Source of the DNA: Azolla caroliniana
Lineage: Eukaryota > Plantae > Polypodiophyta
DNA length: 64,000 bases
Direction of reading: 5' to 3'
Assembly: GCA_043228905.1 (NCBI GenBank)
Contig: JBHGNT010000014.1
Span: 7,874,001-7,938,000, forward strand
Below, in pieces: positions 13,300 to 26,400 of the stretch (the stretch's first letter is position 1; every line of letters begins with the position of its first letter). The position numbers and the translations under genes are program-made. The notes under the pieces were generated by a model, which saw nothing but the letters and a program-made list of their open reading frames with translations, was not told where the DNA came from and did not search any database.

Positions 13300-16200
13300 C
13301 CACACTTCTACCTAGCGCACAAGACGTCGATGCTCGGCTAAGTTTTTCTGTCCTTTTTGTCTTTTCTTTCTTTTATCTTTTGAATTACAACATGACTTCT
13401 AGACGAAACCATAAGGAAACACACGAAGAAAGTATAAGTAAGGAAGAATTTTTACACGTCCTTACTCGTTTAATTAAAATAGAAAAATGGGCGAAAGAGA
13501 TTGAAGCCGAAAAACAAAAAGATAATGAAGAAAAAGAACAGCTTATTGTTGAAATAGCGGAACTTAAAGTAGATAACGCAAACCTTCAAAAACAAGTTAA
13601 GGACCTTGAGACATCTAGGGAGGATGGTGAAATATCTTCCCTAGAGGATATTAAGGACGAGATAAAAAAGGTTAAGGAGGAGGTTAACAACGATATGGAA
13701 TTAGCAAAAACTGGGTGCGTTGATGTAGTAAAACGTAATATTAAAAAGGAACTAAAGGATGAAAATATTGTAAACACCACCCTTGAGGAGGAAAAAATGC
13801 GTCAAGCTCGACGCCTAAACCTAAGAGTTACTGGGCTCAAGGAAGGGGCATCTCCCGATGAAGATGCACAAACATTAGGGAAGATGTTGGGGTATGAAGC
13901 CTTACCAATCACTAAAACTTGGAGGGTAGGACGTGACACCACTAGGAAAAGAGCTTTAGTCCTTCAGTTTAAGGACTCAGAATCTAGAATCGCCTTTTTT
14001 AAAAAGAGACCAATTCTTTGAGGATTGGGTGGGGACCCTATCTACCTCGATGAAGACTTGACCAAGATGCAAATTGAGCATCATAAAACTTGTATGCCGC
14101 GAGTCATACAAGCTCGTAAAGAGGGGCACCTTGCTTTTTACCGAGATGGACGTGTGATAATAAATGATCGTGCCGCCAATTGACGGTGTGTGGCCCATGT
14201 GACAAACAATAAACTTAGGATGACCTTATGGAACTGTAACGGTGCACTTTGGACACACCTTGGCTGTCTAGAGGAGATTTTGAAGACCTATCTGATATTC
14301 TTTTTTTAGTAGAAACACATCAGAGTCCAAATAGAGGACTGCCACGAGTTGACGGTTTTCGTTGACGGTTTTTGAGACAAACCTCATGTCGACACACTAC
14401 TAGAGGATCTGGAGGGGTTGCGATACTATTTCGAAGGAAGATACATAATAGCATAGAAATACTAAAGACAGACCTAGAAGCCCGTTTTATGTGGGTGAAA
14501 GTCCTCACTAGCAAGGATCAGGTGATATTTATCGCCGTTTGTTACTTCCCCCCGAAAGGATCCCGGTATAATATGGTTGGAGAGGTGAGTATAGTTGATG
14601 AAAGGAACGCCACATGGGCCTTCTCCATACGAACCTTTATCGGATGACATAATCCGATATTCTTCTCAAGGGGAAGTCTTCCTTGTAGGAGATTTCAATG
14701 CGAGAACCCAATCCCGACAATGCACAATATTTCAGATGTATAGAAACCCAGAAATGGTGAATGTTGACCCCCTAGCCCTAGGCATAACACCTACATCAAA
14801 GGATCAAGGTGCAGAAGCCACAAGCTTTGGCCATCATCTGCTTGAACTTGGAAGCTGACACGAGATGATCATATATAATGGCTTAGCCAAGTGGTCGGGC
14901 TCGGAAGAGCTCACATGTTTCCCACATGGAGGAGGGGAAAGCACAGTTGATTACCTAATAGGACGCCCTGAAGCTACCCACATGGTTAACTCCTTCCGGG
15001 TGGCCCCATGCCCCATTGGTGTAGACCATAGCTTCCTATACTTTGAGCTAAAATGTGACACCTCCCGCGCCACCAACTCTAGTCAACCAAACCACCACAC
15101 CATAATACATTTCACGCATGAGCTCGCTGACATCTACTCTCAACATGTTCAAGCCCATCTCTCCTCTTTTGATTCTTCCATGCCTTTAGAGAACCTCACT
15201 ACAAAACTCACACACATCCTCCACTTAGCAGCAATTAGTAGCTTCCCATACACGAAACACTCCAATCATAGTAGAATAGGGTCTATGCCACAAAACAAGT
15301 GGTATGATGACGATTGTAGAGAGTTGTATAGACAACTTAAAGTGTTGCGACTTAGTGGTACTATTTCCTCAGTACAAGCTCGCAAAGAGATGCGCAAGAT
15401 GACACGTCGTAAAAGACGAGCTTGGGAAGCATCTAAATATTGGGAACTCTACCATATGCTCATGAGTAGGGATTGCGCCCTTGCATGGAAGAGACTACGG
15501 GAACCGAAACCACAACACCCATTAAGGATCCCAATATTTGGCACACATATCGAGAGACTCTACCATGTCCCCAACCAACCACCCATTCCAATGCCTTCCA
15601 CACCTTGACCTACCATGGGGACACTTTTCACAACCTCTAGGGTCACGAAGGTCATAAAAAAATTACAACATAGGAAATCCATGGACCACACAGGATTGCG
15701 AGCTGAGCACATCATATGATCATATATGCTCGAGAGTGCCTAGCCCCCTTTCTCACTCTAATCTTCAATCATGCCCTCGCCAAGGGTTTTCCATCACAAT
15801 GGGCCATGAACACAGTGGCCCCTATACATAAAGGAGGGAACCCAATGGACCCAAATACATATAGGATCATTATGATAGGTCATACGCTCGCTAAACTATA
15901 TGGTACAGTAATGGAAGCAGAGCTCAATGATTATATGGAAACATTAAGTCTTCAAGCACTTGGGTAGGCTAGCTTTAGACGAGCATTCTCCAACATTGAC
16001 CATATCTTCACACTTAAGTGCTTAATTGACTAGACGAAAGCTCGTAAGAAGAAACTATATTGTTGCTTTGTGGACTTCCGCAAAGCCATTGACATAATTC
16101 CTAGGGAGAGGTAGTTTGATAGACTTAAGAGCTTGGAGATACCAAATGACATGATCTGGGCCATTTATGCCCTATATGAGAAACTCTCTGGGTGCGTAAG

Positions 16201-18134
16201 ATGCCCAGGTGGCCTATCCGATTGTTTCACTAGAACCATTGGTGTGAAATAGGGTTGCCCCCTATCACCGACTCTTTTTGGGATCTACATTGATGAGATC
16301 ACAAAATTTATTGCTCGTAAGGGAGGCAAGGGAGTAGCTATTGGGGATACGCAAGTTAGCCTCTTACTTTACATAAACGACATTGTCTTGCTCTCGGAGT
16401 CAGAACATGACCTACAAAAGCATCTTAATGCCCTAGATGACTTTTGTACACAAAGAGGATTGGTAGTGAATCTAGCGAAAACTAAAGTCCTTATCTTTCA
16501 TACATCGTCCTGAGTTAGGAGTAAATGTCACCTAATCCTCTCCCATAAACTAGTTGAGGTAGTTGGATCATATGTATACTTGGGAGTCACTTTTAGTGCT
16601 CGCTCAAGTAAATTCTCGATGACCCAAGCAGCCAAAGATAGGCTAACGAGAGGGTATGCATCCCTCTCACTCTTAAAGAGACAATGCCACCAAGCATACT
16701 TTCAAGAGCCACGGACCAAGGGATGGCTCTTCGACTCATTAGTGATCCCTTCCCTCATGTATGCATAAATAGTATGGGCTCCGGGTCTACCATCTTTCAT
16801 GTGGACGCAATTAGAGAGACCTTTGGTGACGATGTTATCACGTCAACTCTGAAGCAAATCGGCAGTACCACATGACATTATTAGAGCAGAGTTCAGTCTA
16901 CCCCCAATGTTAGTAGAAGCACTCTTTCAAGTGGTAGTTTTTATTCATCGGATACATAACGAACCACAAGATAGGATAACCCATCGAGCCTTTGAGGCAT
17001 CCAGATCCCTACATGTATCTGGAGACACTAGCTCTTGGTATAGCAATGTGGTGTGTTGGTTACTTGCAAACGACATAGATATTAATCCTACCCCCCCTTA
17101 AGTACAACCATGGGACTGATCAAACTCTCTCTCATGAAGATAGTAATAAAGTGATACGCCAAGAAATATGGCAAATTTACACTCGATATAAAGGGATCAC
17201 CCCACGAGAGCCACTCCCGTCTAAAATGTTGTACTATAAGGAACATTTCTTGCACTTCTCTATGTTAGGTTTTATTACACGACCAAGATATCTAGATACA
17301 TTCTTATCAAATGCACTAAGGGTGGCCATTGGACAACTTAGGATATCATCTCACCAACTTAAGATTGAGAATGGTTGGGCTAATAGAGTCCCTAGAGAGG
17401 AAAGGCTATGTAGACTATGCCATATAGAGATAGAGGATGAGCATCATTTCACATGCAAGTGCCCAACTTATGCTGAGATACGGGCGGAATACCAAGACAT
17501 ATTAGGACCCTCTCCCACCCTCTCCAAACTATTAGATACCTCGAGTGTAAAGAGACTAGGTAGGTATATTTTAGAGCTAAAATAACATAGGGAGAATAAA
17601 TTACAAAGTGTTAACCATAACCCTTTTACTATTCATCAACATGTAGCTAGTGTAAATTTTCAGGAACAAGGGGAGACGATGTATGTGGATACACTTATGC
17701 CGCTTGGCCTGTCTCTTGAGGAAGCAGAAATGCAAAGAACAACTAAACGCCCTCGGATGTTGGGCTTCAAAACAAGTCGGTGTGGAGTAGAAAAGATTAA
17801 GAAGATAAGGGAACGTGAGCTACGTTGACTAGAAGCTATGGTTGGGGTACCTTTTACATTGACATCACGGGCCACATACACATCGCAACCCTTTGACCTC
17901 CCGCTTCTCTTCGAGAGACTTGGATGGAAATGAAATTAGGCCTAGTATAACATTTTCATTGTAGAACATGTTTATTATTTTACTACAACTATTTAGATTA
18001 AACTCTATTTTATCTTATTTTTATTTATTTATTACTCTCGATGAATGGGTAAATATCCCATTTTTTGTTGTAAACCATTTGTCTCATGGGCCAATTTTGG
18101 CCTTAGAAGACGTTAATATATCTTTCTTTCTTTC

Positions 18135-18142
<8 letters not shown>
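13300..18142 (+). mobile_element. Non-LTR retrotransposon, RTE/RTEX-like, decayed (ORF1 ~13392-14183; ORF2 ~14220-17930)
   Basis: Coiled-coil ORF1. APE motifs WNCNG, CYFPP, GDFNART, STVDY. RT motifs CFVDF and GVKxGCPLSPTLFG. C-terminal ERLCRLC..EDEHHF..CPTY. 3' (TTTC)n tail at 18121-18142. Many stops and frameshifts; 5' end approximate. Confidence 0.85.

Positions 18143-18167
<25 letters not shown>
18121..18167. repeat. Compound (TTTC)n(GT)n microsatellite at the tail-to-tail junction of two LINEs
   Basis: Seen directly. Confidence 0.9.
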
Positions 18168-18584
18168 CTTTTGGGTGAAAACACACAATTATATTAATAA
18201 ATGTGTGTAAAAAACACTACTTACAATGGGTGTGACCATGAAGTATGGTCACCCACTAACTACACTACACTACATGGGCAATGGAACATGTTGAATTGCC
18301 AATAAGCAAGACAAACATTCCACTAAGGAAAGGATTTCCGCTTGCTCCAATAAAGAAAATTGCCACATTATTACTCCCTTCAATTTTCGTAGATATGCTT
18401 TCACTCCATGTCTACCATTGAATACAAAAGCGTTGCGCATATTCCAATTATGACGCAATCCCCAATATCTCAAAAATAGAAAAACAATCTCCATCTCTGA
18501 CTTTGGGTCTGTTGGGATTACGGTCCCTCCGGATGGGATGTCCGGAGACGAATGACGGCAAGCCCGGTTGCGGTTACGGAACCG

Positions 18585-18785
18585 GATGATGAAGAGTACC
18601 CGGCATGAAGCCGGATGACGAGTACCCGGATGCGGATCCGGATGATGAAGAGTACCCGGCATGAAGCCGGATGACAAGTACCCGGCTGCGGATCCGGATG
18701 ATGAAGACCCTGGCTACGGAGCCGGATGATGAAGACCCCGGCTACGGAGCCGGATGATGAATGTACCCGGAGAGAGATCCGGATG
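18585..18785 (+). repeat. CCGG-rich tandem repeats (56-bp unit plus shorter derivatives) in copia U3; one extra unit in the 3' LTR (~23487-23745)
   Basis: Unit ggatgatgaagagtacccggcatgaagccggatgacgagtacccggatgcggatcc. Confidence 0.9.
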
Positions 18786-18928
18786 CGGGGACATATTTGT
18801 GAATATGTTTGCCAAGAGCCCTTGAGGCTATATTTGTAAATAGCCAGAAAGTCATATGTGTATAAATATGACTTAGGGCAATCAGTTTAAATGTTGTTGC
18901 TCATTTTTCATGCGTAGTGAGAGCAGCC

Positions 18929-18959
<31 letters not shown>

Positions 18960-19253
18960 AGAGGTCGTTGCCTCTGTGTATTACCGCCGCCTGTGGCGAA
19001 GACAGTGAGCTAAAGGTTGTTGCCTTGTAGCTTCACCATTGTACACCTCTGTTCATAGTGATAGTTGGAGTTTGAGGACTCCCGTGGTTTTTCCCATTTA
19101 GGGTTTTCCACGTAAAACATCCTGTGTACCTTTCTCTCTGTTGTCTTCGTGCATTTTGTATTTCCTGTTTTCTGAGAGTTGATCCTATTCCTCGGTGGTG
19201 GCCGAGCGCTGTTTGCATCAACAAGTGGTATCAGAACGACGGTAACACAGAAA

Positions 19254-22200
19254 ATGGAAGGCGGCGGTAGTGGGCCTCCGGGCATGATGGTGCTGAACTC
19301 ACAGAACTACGCCGACTGGAAGATAAAGATGGAAGACCTTCTCATCGTCCGAGACCTGTATGAACCGATCGACAATGCCGAGATACCCAAGGGGGTAATA
19401 GAGTCGGAGTGGAAGCTCCTGAACCGGAAAGCCGTAGCGACGATCCGGCAATATGTCGATGTAAGTGTTCTGCAGCATGTGGCGAACGATACGAACGCCT
19501 ATGAGATGTGGCAGAAGCTGTCCGGACTGTACGAGAGGAAGAATGCTCTGACCCGGACCTCCCTGATGAGGAAGATAGTGAATCTTAAGTACCGGGACGG
19601 CGAGAGCATGGTCGAACACGTCAGCACGTTTATGGGATTCGTGAACCAGCTTGCGGCGATCAAGTTCCCGTTGGATGACGCAATGCAAGCCATCATGCTG
19701 ATGTGTACCCTTCCGGAGAGCTGGGAGAACTTGGTAGTTACTCTCAGCACCTCCTGTAAGGAAGAGAACTTGTCTTTACAAACGGTAAAGACAAGTATTC
19801 TAAATGAAGAAGCGCGTCGGAGAGACAAAGAACCGGCCTCCGACTCGAAGGCGCTGCTTACCGAATCGGAACGGGGAAGACAACGGAACCGGAGTCCGCA
19901 AAGACGGGAGAAGTCGGGGACACGGTCGCAGTCGAGGGGAAGACCTACATGCTTCTACTGTGGGAAGCCGGGGCACTTCCAGAAGAACTGTCGGCATTTC
20001 CGGAAAGACAACGGAACCGACGGTACCGATTCGAAGAAGTCACCGGAGAGAAACGGTGCATACCGGGGAGCTACGGACCGGAGAGGTTCGGATCGGCGAG
20101 GGCAGGACCGGAAAGGAACGACGGCACTCGCGGCAAGTGAAGAAGAGATAATGCTCATTACCGAAGAGACGGAGCTGAACCTTGCCGGTGAGGAGATGAC
20201 CTGGGTGGTCGATTCCGGAGCGTCGTTCCACCTGACCCCGGAGAAGAAATACTTCTCATCCTACACAGCCGGTGAGCACGGCTTTGTCCGGATGGGAAAT
20301 GAAGGTACATGCCGGATTGCCGGCATAGGAGACGTGTGGCTGATGACATCAACCGGATGCAAGATGCTGCTGAAGGATGTTCGATACGTTCCGGAGGTTC
20401 GATTGAACCTGATTTCGGCCGGGAGGCTAGACGATGAAGGCTACACGGGTAGCATCCGGAACGGTGTCATGAAGTTCAGCAAAGGGAGCCTGATAGTGGC
20501 TCGGGCCCGGAAGGTCAACACACTGTACCTGATGAATTCCCGGCTATGTCCGGAGGAGCTGAACGTAGCAGCCGACGCTGCCGGTGAGCTGTGGCACAAG
20601 AGACTGTGCCACATGAGTGAGAAGGGGATGAAGAGGCTTGCAGAAGACAACCTTATTCCAGTGAAGCATGTGCACCTGGAGAAGTGCACCGACTGCCTGG
20701 CCGGTAAGCAAAACCGGACCTCCTTCCACTCAAGGCCACCGACGAGACGTAGCGCACCATTGGAGCTGGTGCACACTGATGTGTGTCAGGTAGAAACGAA
20801 GTCACATGGCGGAGCCCAGTACTTCGTGACATTCATTGATGATCACAGCCGGAAGCTGTGGACGGCACCGTTGAAGACAAAGGACCAAGTGTCGTCCGTC
20901 TTCAAAGAACTCCACGCGAGAGTGGAAAGAGAATCCGGCAAGAAGCTGAAAGCGATACGAGCGGATAACGGAGGGGAATACCGGGGGCAGTTCCAGGAGT
21001 ACTGTCGCTCGAAGGGAATCCGGCTCGAGTTTACTGTGCCGAAGACGCTGTCGTGCCTTTCGGCTCCGGATCGTTTGCGTGAGTCGGGTTTCACGTAGTG
21101 TACGAAATACACTACGACAACGCCGGAACTGAACGGGCTGGCCGAGAGGATGAACCGGACCATAATGGAGAGGGTCCGGAGTATGCTGGCGCATGCGAAA
21201 TTACCCAAGGGATTTTGGGCTGAGGCAATGTCGACGGCGACGTATGTGATAAATAGATCACCCTCAGTACCTTTGGACGGAGACACGCCGCAGAAAGTGT
21301 GGACCGGTAAGGAAGTGTCCTACCGGCATCTGAAGGTGTTCGGGTGTCTCGCATACGTGCATGTGGCAAAGGACCGGAGAGGAAAGTTAGATCCAAAGAC
21401 CCGGCCATGCATATTCCTCGGTTACGGCGACGACGAGTTCGGCTACCGAGTATGGGACCCGGTTGACAAGAAGATATTCAGGAGTCGAGATATCATCTTC
21501 ATGGAGGACAAGACGCTCGCCGACTGGGAGTCGGAGAAGAAGATGAAGAGCTCCAAGTCGACCGGTGAGGATAAACTCTACGAGGAGCAGTCCCGACCGG
21601 CAAGGGACCGGTTAACACTCGAAGATCCGGCCGAAGACGGTGAAGAAACAGAACCGGCCGAGGAAGATGAAAATGATACCGGAACCGGCCCCGATCCCGA
21701 AATGGATTCGGACGAAGAAGAATCGGAAGAACCGGTTATCGAAGCTCTGGATCGGAGATATCCTCTAAGAGAGAGAAGGGCCCCCCGGAGATTTCCGGAA
21801 CCAGAGCACGTGCTGGTAACCGACGAGGGGGAGCCGGAGAGCTTTGAAGAAGCAAAGCACGACACCCAGAGCCGCAGGTGGTTGAGTGCCATGCAGGATG
21901 AGATGGATTCCCTGCATGAGAATCACACATATGAACTTATGGAGTTGCCGAAAGGAAAGCGGGCACTTCGAAACAAGTGGGTGTTCAAGCTGAAACCGGG
22001 AGATGCCGGAAACCCCCCGAGATACAAAGCCAGGATCGTGGTGAAGGGGTTTCAGCAGAAGAAGGGCGTCGACTTCGACGAGATATTTGCCCCGGTAGTG
22101 AAGATGACCTCCATCCGGACGGTGCTGAGCATAGCGGCAAGCATGGACCTCGAGGTAGAACAGATGGATGTGAAGACGGCATTCCTTCACGGTGACCTCG

Positions 22201-23402
22201 AAGAAGAGATCTACATGCAGCAACCGGAAGGATTCGAGAAGAAAGGGAAGGAGCACCTGGTATGCCGGTTGAAGAAGAGCCTTTACGGACTGAAGCAGGC
22301 TCCCCGGCAATGGTACCGGAAGTTCGACTCCTTCATGACCGACGAAGGGTACCTCAAAACGCAGTCTGACCACTGCGTGTTTGTGAAGAAGTTCGAAGGA
22401 GGAGACTTTCTAATACTCCTCCTGTACGTGGACGACATGTTGATCGTCGGACGGGACCAGGTCAAGATACGGATGCTGAAGAAGGCTCTTCACCGAACCT
22501 TCTCAATGAAGGACTTGGGTCCGGCGAGACAAATACTAGGGATGCACATCATCCGGGACCGGAGCAAGAAGCAGTTGTGGCTGTCACAAGAGAAGTACGT
22601 GACAAAGGTGCTCCAATGGTTCAACATGTCGGAAGCAAGACCGGTCGGATCAACCCTACCGGCAAACTGCAAGTTGTCCAGCAAGCAAAGTCCCAAGACA
22701 AAGGCTGAAAAGGAGGATATGATGAAAGTGCCGTATGCCTCAGCCGTCGGGAGCTTGATGTACGCCATGGTGTGTACGAGACCGGACATCGGATATGCAG
22801 TCGGAGTGGTGAGCCGATACATGAGCAATCCTGGCAAAGAGCATTGGAACGCGGTCAAGTGGATACTCCGATACCTGAAGGGCACGGCAAACGTGTGCCT
22901 CCGATTCGGCTCCGGTAAGCCCGAACTCGACGGCTTCACCGACTCGGATATGTCGGCTGATGCAGATACCAGCCGGTCCACATCAGGGTATGTGATGACA
23001 TATGCAGGGGGAGCTGTTTCGTGGCAGTCGAGGCTGCAGAAGACGGTTGCGTTGTCAACCACGGAGGCGGAGTATATGGCGGCTGTTGAAGCCGGCAAGG
23101 AAATAATATGGATGAAGGACTTCATTAGAGAGCTCGGTATCCGGCAAAAGGAGTACCTACTCTACTGCGACAGTCAGAGTGCCATCCACCTTGCGAAGAA
23201 CGCGGCCTATCACTCCCGGACGAAGCACATCCAGCGAAGATATCACTGGATCCGGGAAAGGATAGAAGACCAGGAGTTTGTGCTGACGAAGATCCACACG
23301 GACGAGAACGGGTCAGATATGCTGACCAAAGTGCTCACAACCGACAAGCTGGAAGCATGCCGGAAGAGGATCGGATTGGAGAGACATCCCATGCCGAAGT
23401 GA
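19254..23402 (+). CDS. Copia gag-pol polyprotein (GAG-PR-IN-RT-RH), intact except for a 75-nt in-frame insertion with a TAG
   Basis: ORFs 19179-21098 and 21150-23402 are in the same frame. Motifs CFYCGKPGHFQKNC, WVVDSGAS, HTDVC/DNGGEY/GLAER, LLYVDDM, GFTDSD. Confidence 0.95.
21049..21119 (-). mobile_element. 71-bp micro-LTR: the fused two tips of the gypsy LTR seen at 45482-46262
   Basis: TGTCGTG..CTACGACA flanked by 4-bp TSD ACGC (21045-48 / 21120-23). Its first ~41 bp match the LTR end at 45482 and its last ~30 bp match 46233-46262. Removing it restores TVPKT-PELNGLAER. Confidence 0.95.
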
Positions 23403-26400
23403 AGGGGGAGTTTGTTGGGATTACGGTCCCTCCGGATGGGATGTCCGGAGACGAATGACGGCAAGCCCGGTTGCGGTTACGGAACCGGATGATGAAGAGT
23501 ACCCGGCATGAAGCCGGATGACGAGTACCCGGATGCGGATCCGGATGATGAAGAGTACCCGGCATGAAGCCGGATGACGAGTACCCGGATGCGGATCCGG
23601 ATGATGAAGAGTACCCGGCATGAAGCCGGATGACGAGTACCCGGCTGCGGATCCGGATGATGAAGACCCTGGCTACGGAGCCGGATGATGAAGACCTCGG
23701 CTACGGAGCCGGATGATGAATGTACCCGGAGAGAGATCCGGATGCGGGGACATATTTGTGAATATGTTTGCCAAGAGCCCTTGAGGCTATATTTTTAAAT
23801 AGCCAGAAAGTCATATGTGTATAAATATGACTTAGGGCAATCAGTTTAAATGTTGTTGCTCATTTTTCATGCGTAGTGAGAGCAGCCGAGAGAGAGAGAG
23901 AGAGAGAGAGAGATGAAGAGGTCGTTGCCTCTGTGTATTACCGCCGCCTGTGGCGAAGACAGTGAGCTAAAGGTTGTTGCCTTGTAGCTTCACCATTGTA
24001 CACCTCTGTTCATAGTGATAGTTGGAGTTTGAGGACTCCCGTGGTTTTTCCCATTTAGGGTTTTCCACGTAAAACATCCTGTGTACCTTTCTCTCTGTTG
24101 TCTTCGTGCATTTTGTATTTCCTGTTTTCTGAGAGTTGATCCTATTCCTCGGTGGTGGCCGAGCGCTGTTTGCATCAACAGGGTCCACCTGTGTAAATTG
24201 TGCAAACACCCACTGTCTAGGTGTCAAATAACATCGTGATAAAACTTGGCAAATTTGAGAAATGTAACTCCAAATCTGAGAAGCAATCGGGCATTGTATA
24301 AATGGATGAGTACTATCTTCCATTTGAACAGTGCAAAAAAAGAAATTACCCGTTGCTAGTCCACGACGCTTTAGAGCTAATCCCAAAGGCAATCCTCCAA
24401 TCAAAACTTTCCAAATGAAGACCTTTGCTACAAGTGGCAATTTAGAATGCCAACTACGTTGTAAGATTTGCCACCACCCATGGTTAGATTTGTGTAATCT
24501 CCAATCTTCTTCAGCCTTAGATGATAACCATCCAAGAGACTCAACAGAGCAATGATACAAAATATTAGTAGTCACTTGTAACAACGATGTTTGACTCTTT
24601 AAACACCAATCAATCCTCGATTGTTCTCCTGTTTGTAGAGGTAAGGGACCTTGCATCAATCGAATATTTCGTAGTTGTTGCCAAATAAACCCATAATTAG
24701 GTGCAATTCGTAATAATTGCCATGCTTCAACAAACTTCAAAATTCTTCCACCTCTTTGACCCCCAAACAAAACAAATGATTTAATTGAGAGCGTAATCTC
24801 TCCTTTCCTGGCCAACATAATAACCGAGAAGACATAAGTAACTCTTTTTGCAAAGAATTACAATGGTCTCTACTAGATGATGGTTTCCATACACATAACA
24901 AGAGTGTTTCTTGCCATGAGGTAACCAATTGTTGAACACATGTAGAACCCAGAATCCTAAGTGAAATACATCCATTTAGTAATTGCCACCATGAAGTCTT
25001 AATTGTTGTCCTCCCATGTGTTCAACCCTTGTTCTCAATGAAATATTGAACAATAGATATCCATGGTTGTGAGATTGAAAACATGTCTTGTAATAATGAA
25101 AATCTATGAGCCATCATATGCTTAGATAAATTCAATACTCCAGCTCCCCCCAAGCGCTTAGGAGTTGCTAGATGATTCCATGCAACCCAAGTGATTCCCA
25201 TCTTATCCCTTTTCTTCCACAACAAATATCAAAGATGTTGCAAAATAGAATGCAAAGATTTCTTTGTCCACGGCAACAATGTCAAGTAATATAATATCAT
25301 AGGTTCCATAATACATTGTACAATATTCAAACGTACATGAAATGGCCAAGATTGTGATTTCCAATACATGAACTTATCCCTCAACTTACTAGACATCCAT
25401 TCAATCAATTGACCATTTGTAACATTCATTCCTAATGGATCGCCCAAGTGTTGAAAAATAGAGCCTTTCTTCACCACGGATCCTTGCCATCGTAAACATT
25501 CCAAATCCCTTTCAGTACATGATATGAGACTATACTTCCTCCAATTAATATGTAATCCGGAATCCAATGAAAATTGGTTCCATACAAGCATCCCCTTATC
25601 AAGATTCTCTCGTGAGGCTTGTAGAAACATGAAAGAATCATCAACCAAAGCTTGTGCAACTAGTTGCCCTCCAAACGGAAGGTGTAGACCCACAATATCA
25701 CCATTTGTTGCAAGCCTTGATAGCATCACTAACAAGGGATGAGTAACAATAGCAAACAACAAAGGGCTAATAGGGCATCCTTGATGAACGGATCTTGTAA
25801 GGGCAATATCTGATGTAACTCCTCCATTAAGCATGATTCGAGACACCGCATCTTGTCCTAATAAAAAAAAGCCCATTGTATGCATTAACCCAAAAACAAA
25901 GGACCAATTAACATGATCATAACCTTTCTCCAAATCTAATTGCGCCATAATCAATTCTTGATGAATGTTTCAAGCATAATCCATGGCCATTTGAACATTT
26001 AGCACATTATGCAATATATTCCTACCTACAACAAAACCATATTGGGCGGGATGTATCAACTTTGGCAAATACTTTTGTAATATATTTGCCAAGACCTTTG
26101 TAAATATCTTATACAACCCCCCCATCAAAGAAATAGGTCTCCATTGATGAAATGACTCTGGACATGCCACCTTTGGAACTAATTTAATTAGACCAACCTT
26201 CCAAGCTTGAGGCAAACGATCAGAATCCCAAGAATGTTGAAACATCAAAGTTAAGGGCCCCTTTAAAATGTGTGAATATCGCTTAAAAACTTCATTTGTC
26301 AAGCCATCCCAACCAAGGCTCTTACCACTAGGAAGATGCCTTAAAACTGTGTCCACCTCATCCTCAATGAAATCCTCATCCAATTCATGACTAATGAGGT

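Larger units (their letters stand above)
18510..24180 (+). mobile_element. Young full-length Ty1/copia LTR retrotransposon
   Basis: TG..CA LTRs at 18510-19223 and 23413-24180. Perfect 5-bp TSD GGGTC (18505-09 / 24181-85). tRNAiMet-type PBS TGGTATCAGA at 19226. PPT GAAGGGGGAG at 23401-10. LTRs differ by ~3 substitutions, one 56-bp repeat unit and one GA unit. Confidence 0.98.

Noticed and set aside
13380-17930. In-frame stops in TE ORFs as RNA-editing or alternative-code sites
   Set aside because: They fit C>T/G>A decay of methylated codons and come with frameshifts; ordinary pseudogenisation.
21096-21098. In-frame TAG between the two long copia ORFs as a programmed readthrough site
   Set aside because: It lies inside a foreign 71-bp insert with a TSD, in the integrase core rather than at a gag-pol boundary.
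21079-21098. GTGAGT..TAG mini-intron that might remove the stop
   Set aside because: Only 20 nt, too short for plant splicing, and its removal would shift the frame.
19299-23621. Numerous antisense and alternate-frame ORFs over the young copia
   Set aside because: Expected shadows of a GC-rich, stop-poor polyprotein; no recognisable domains.
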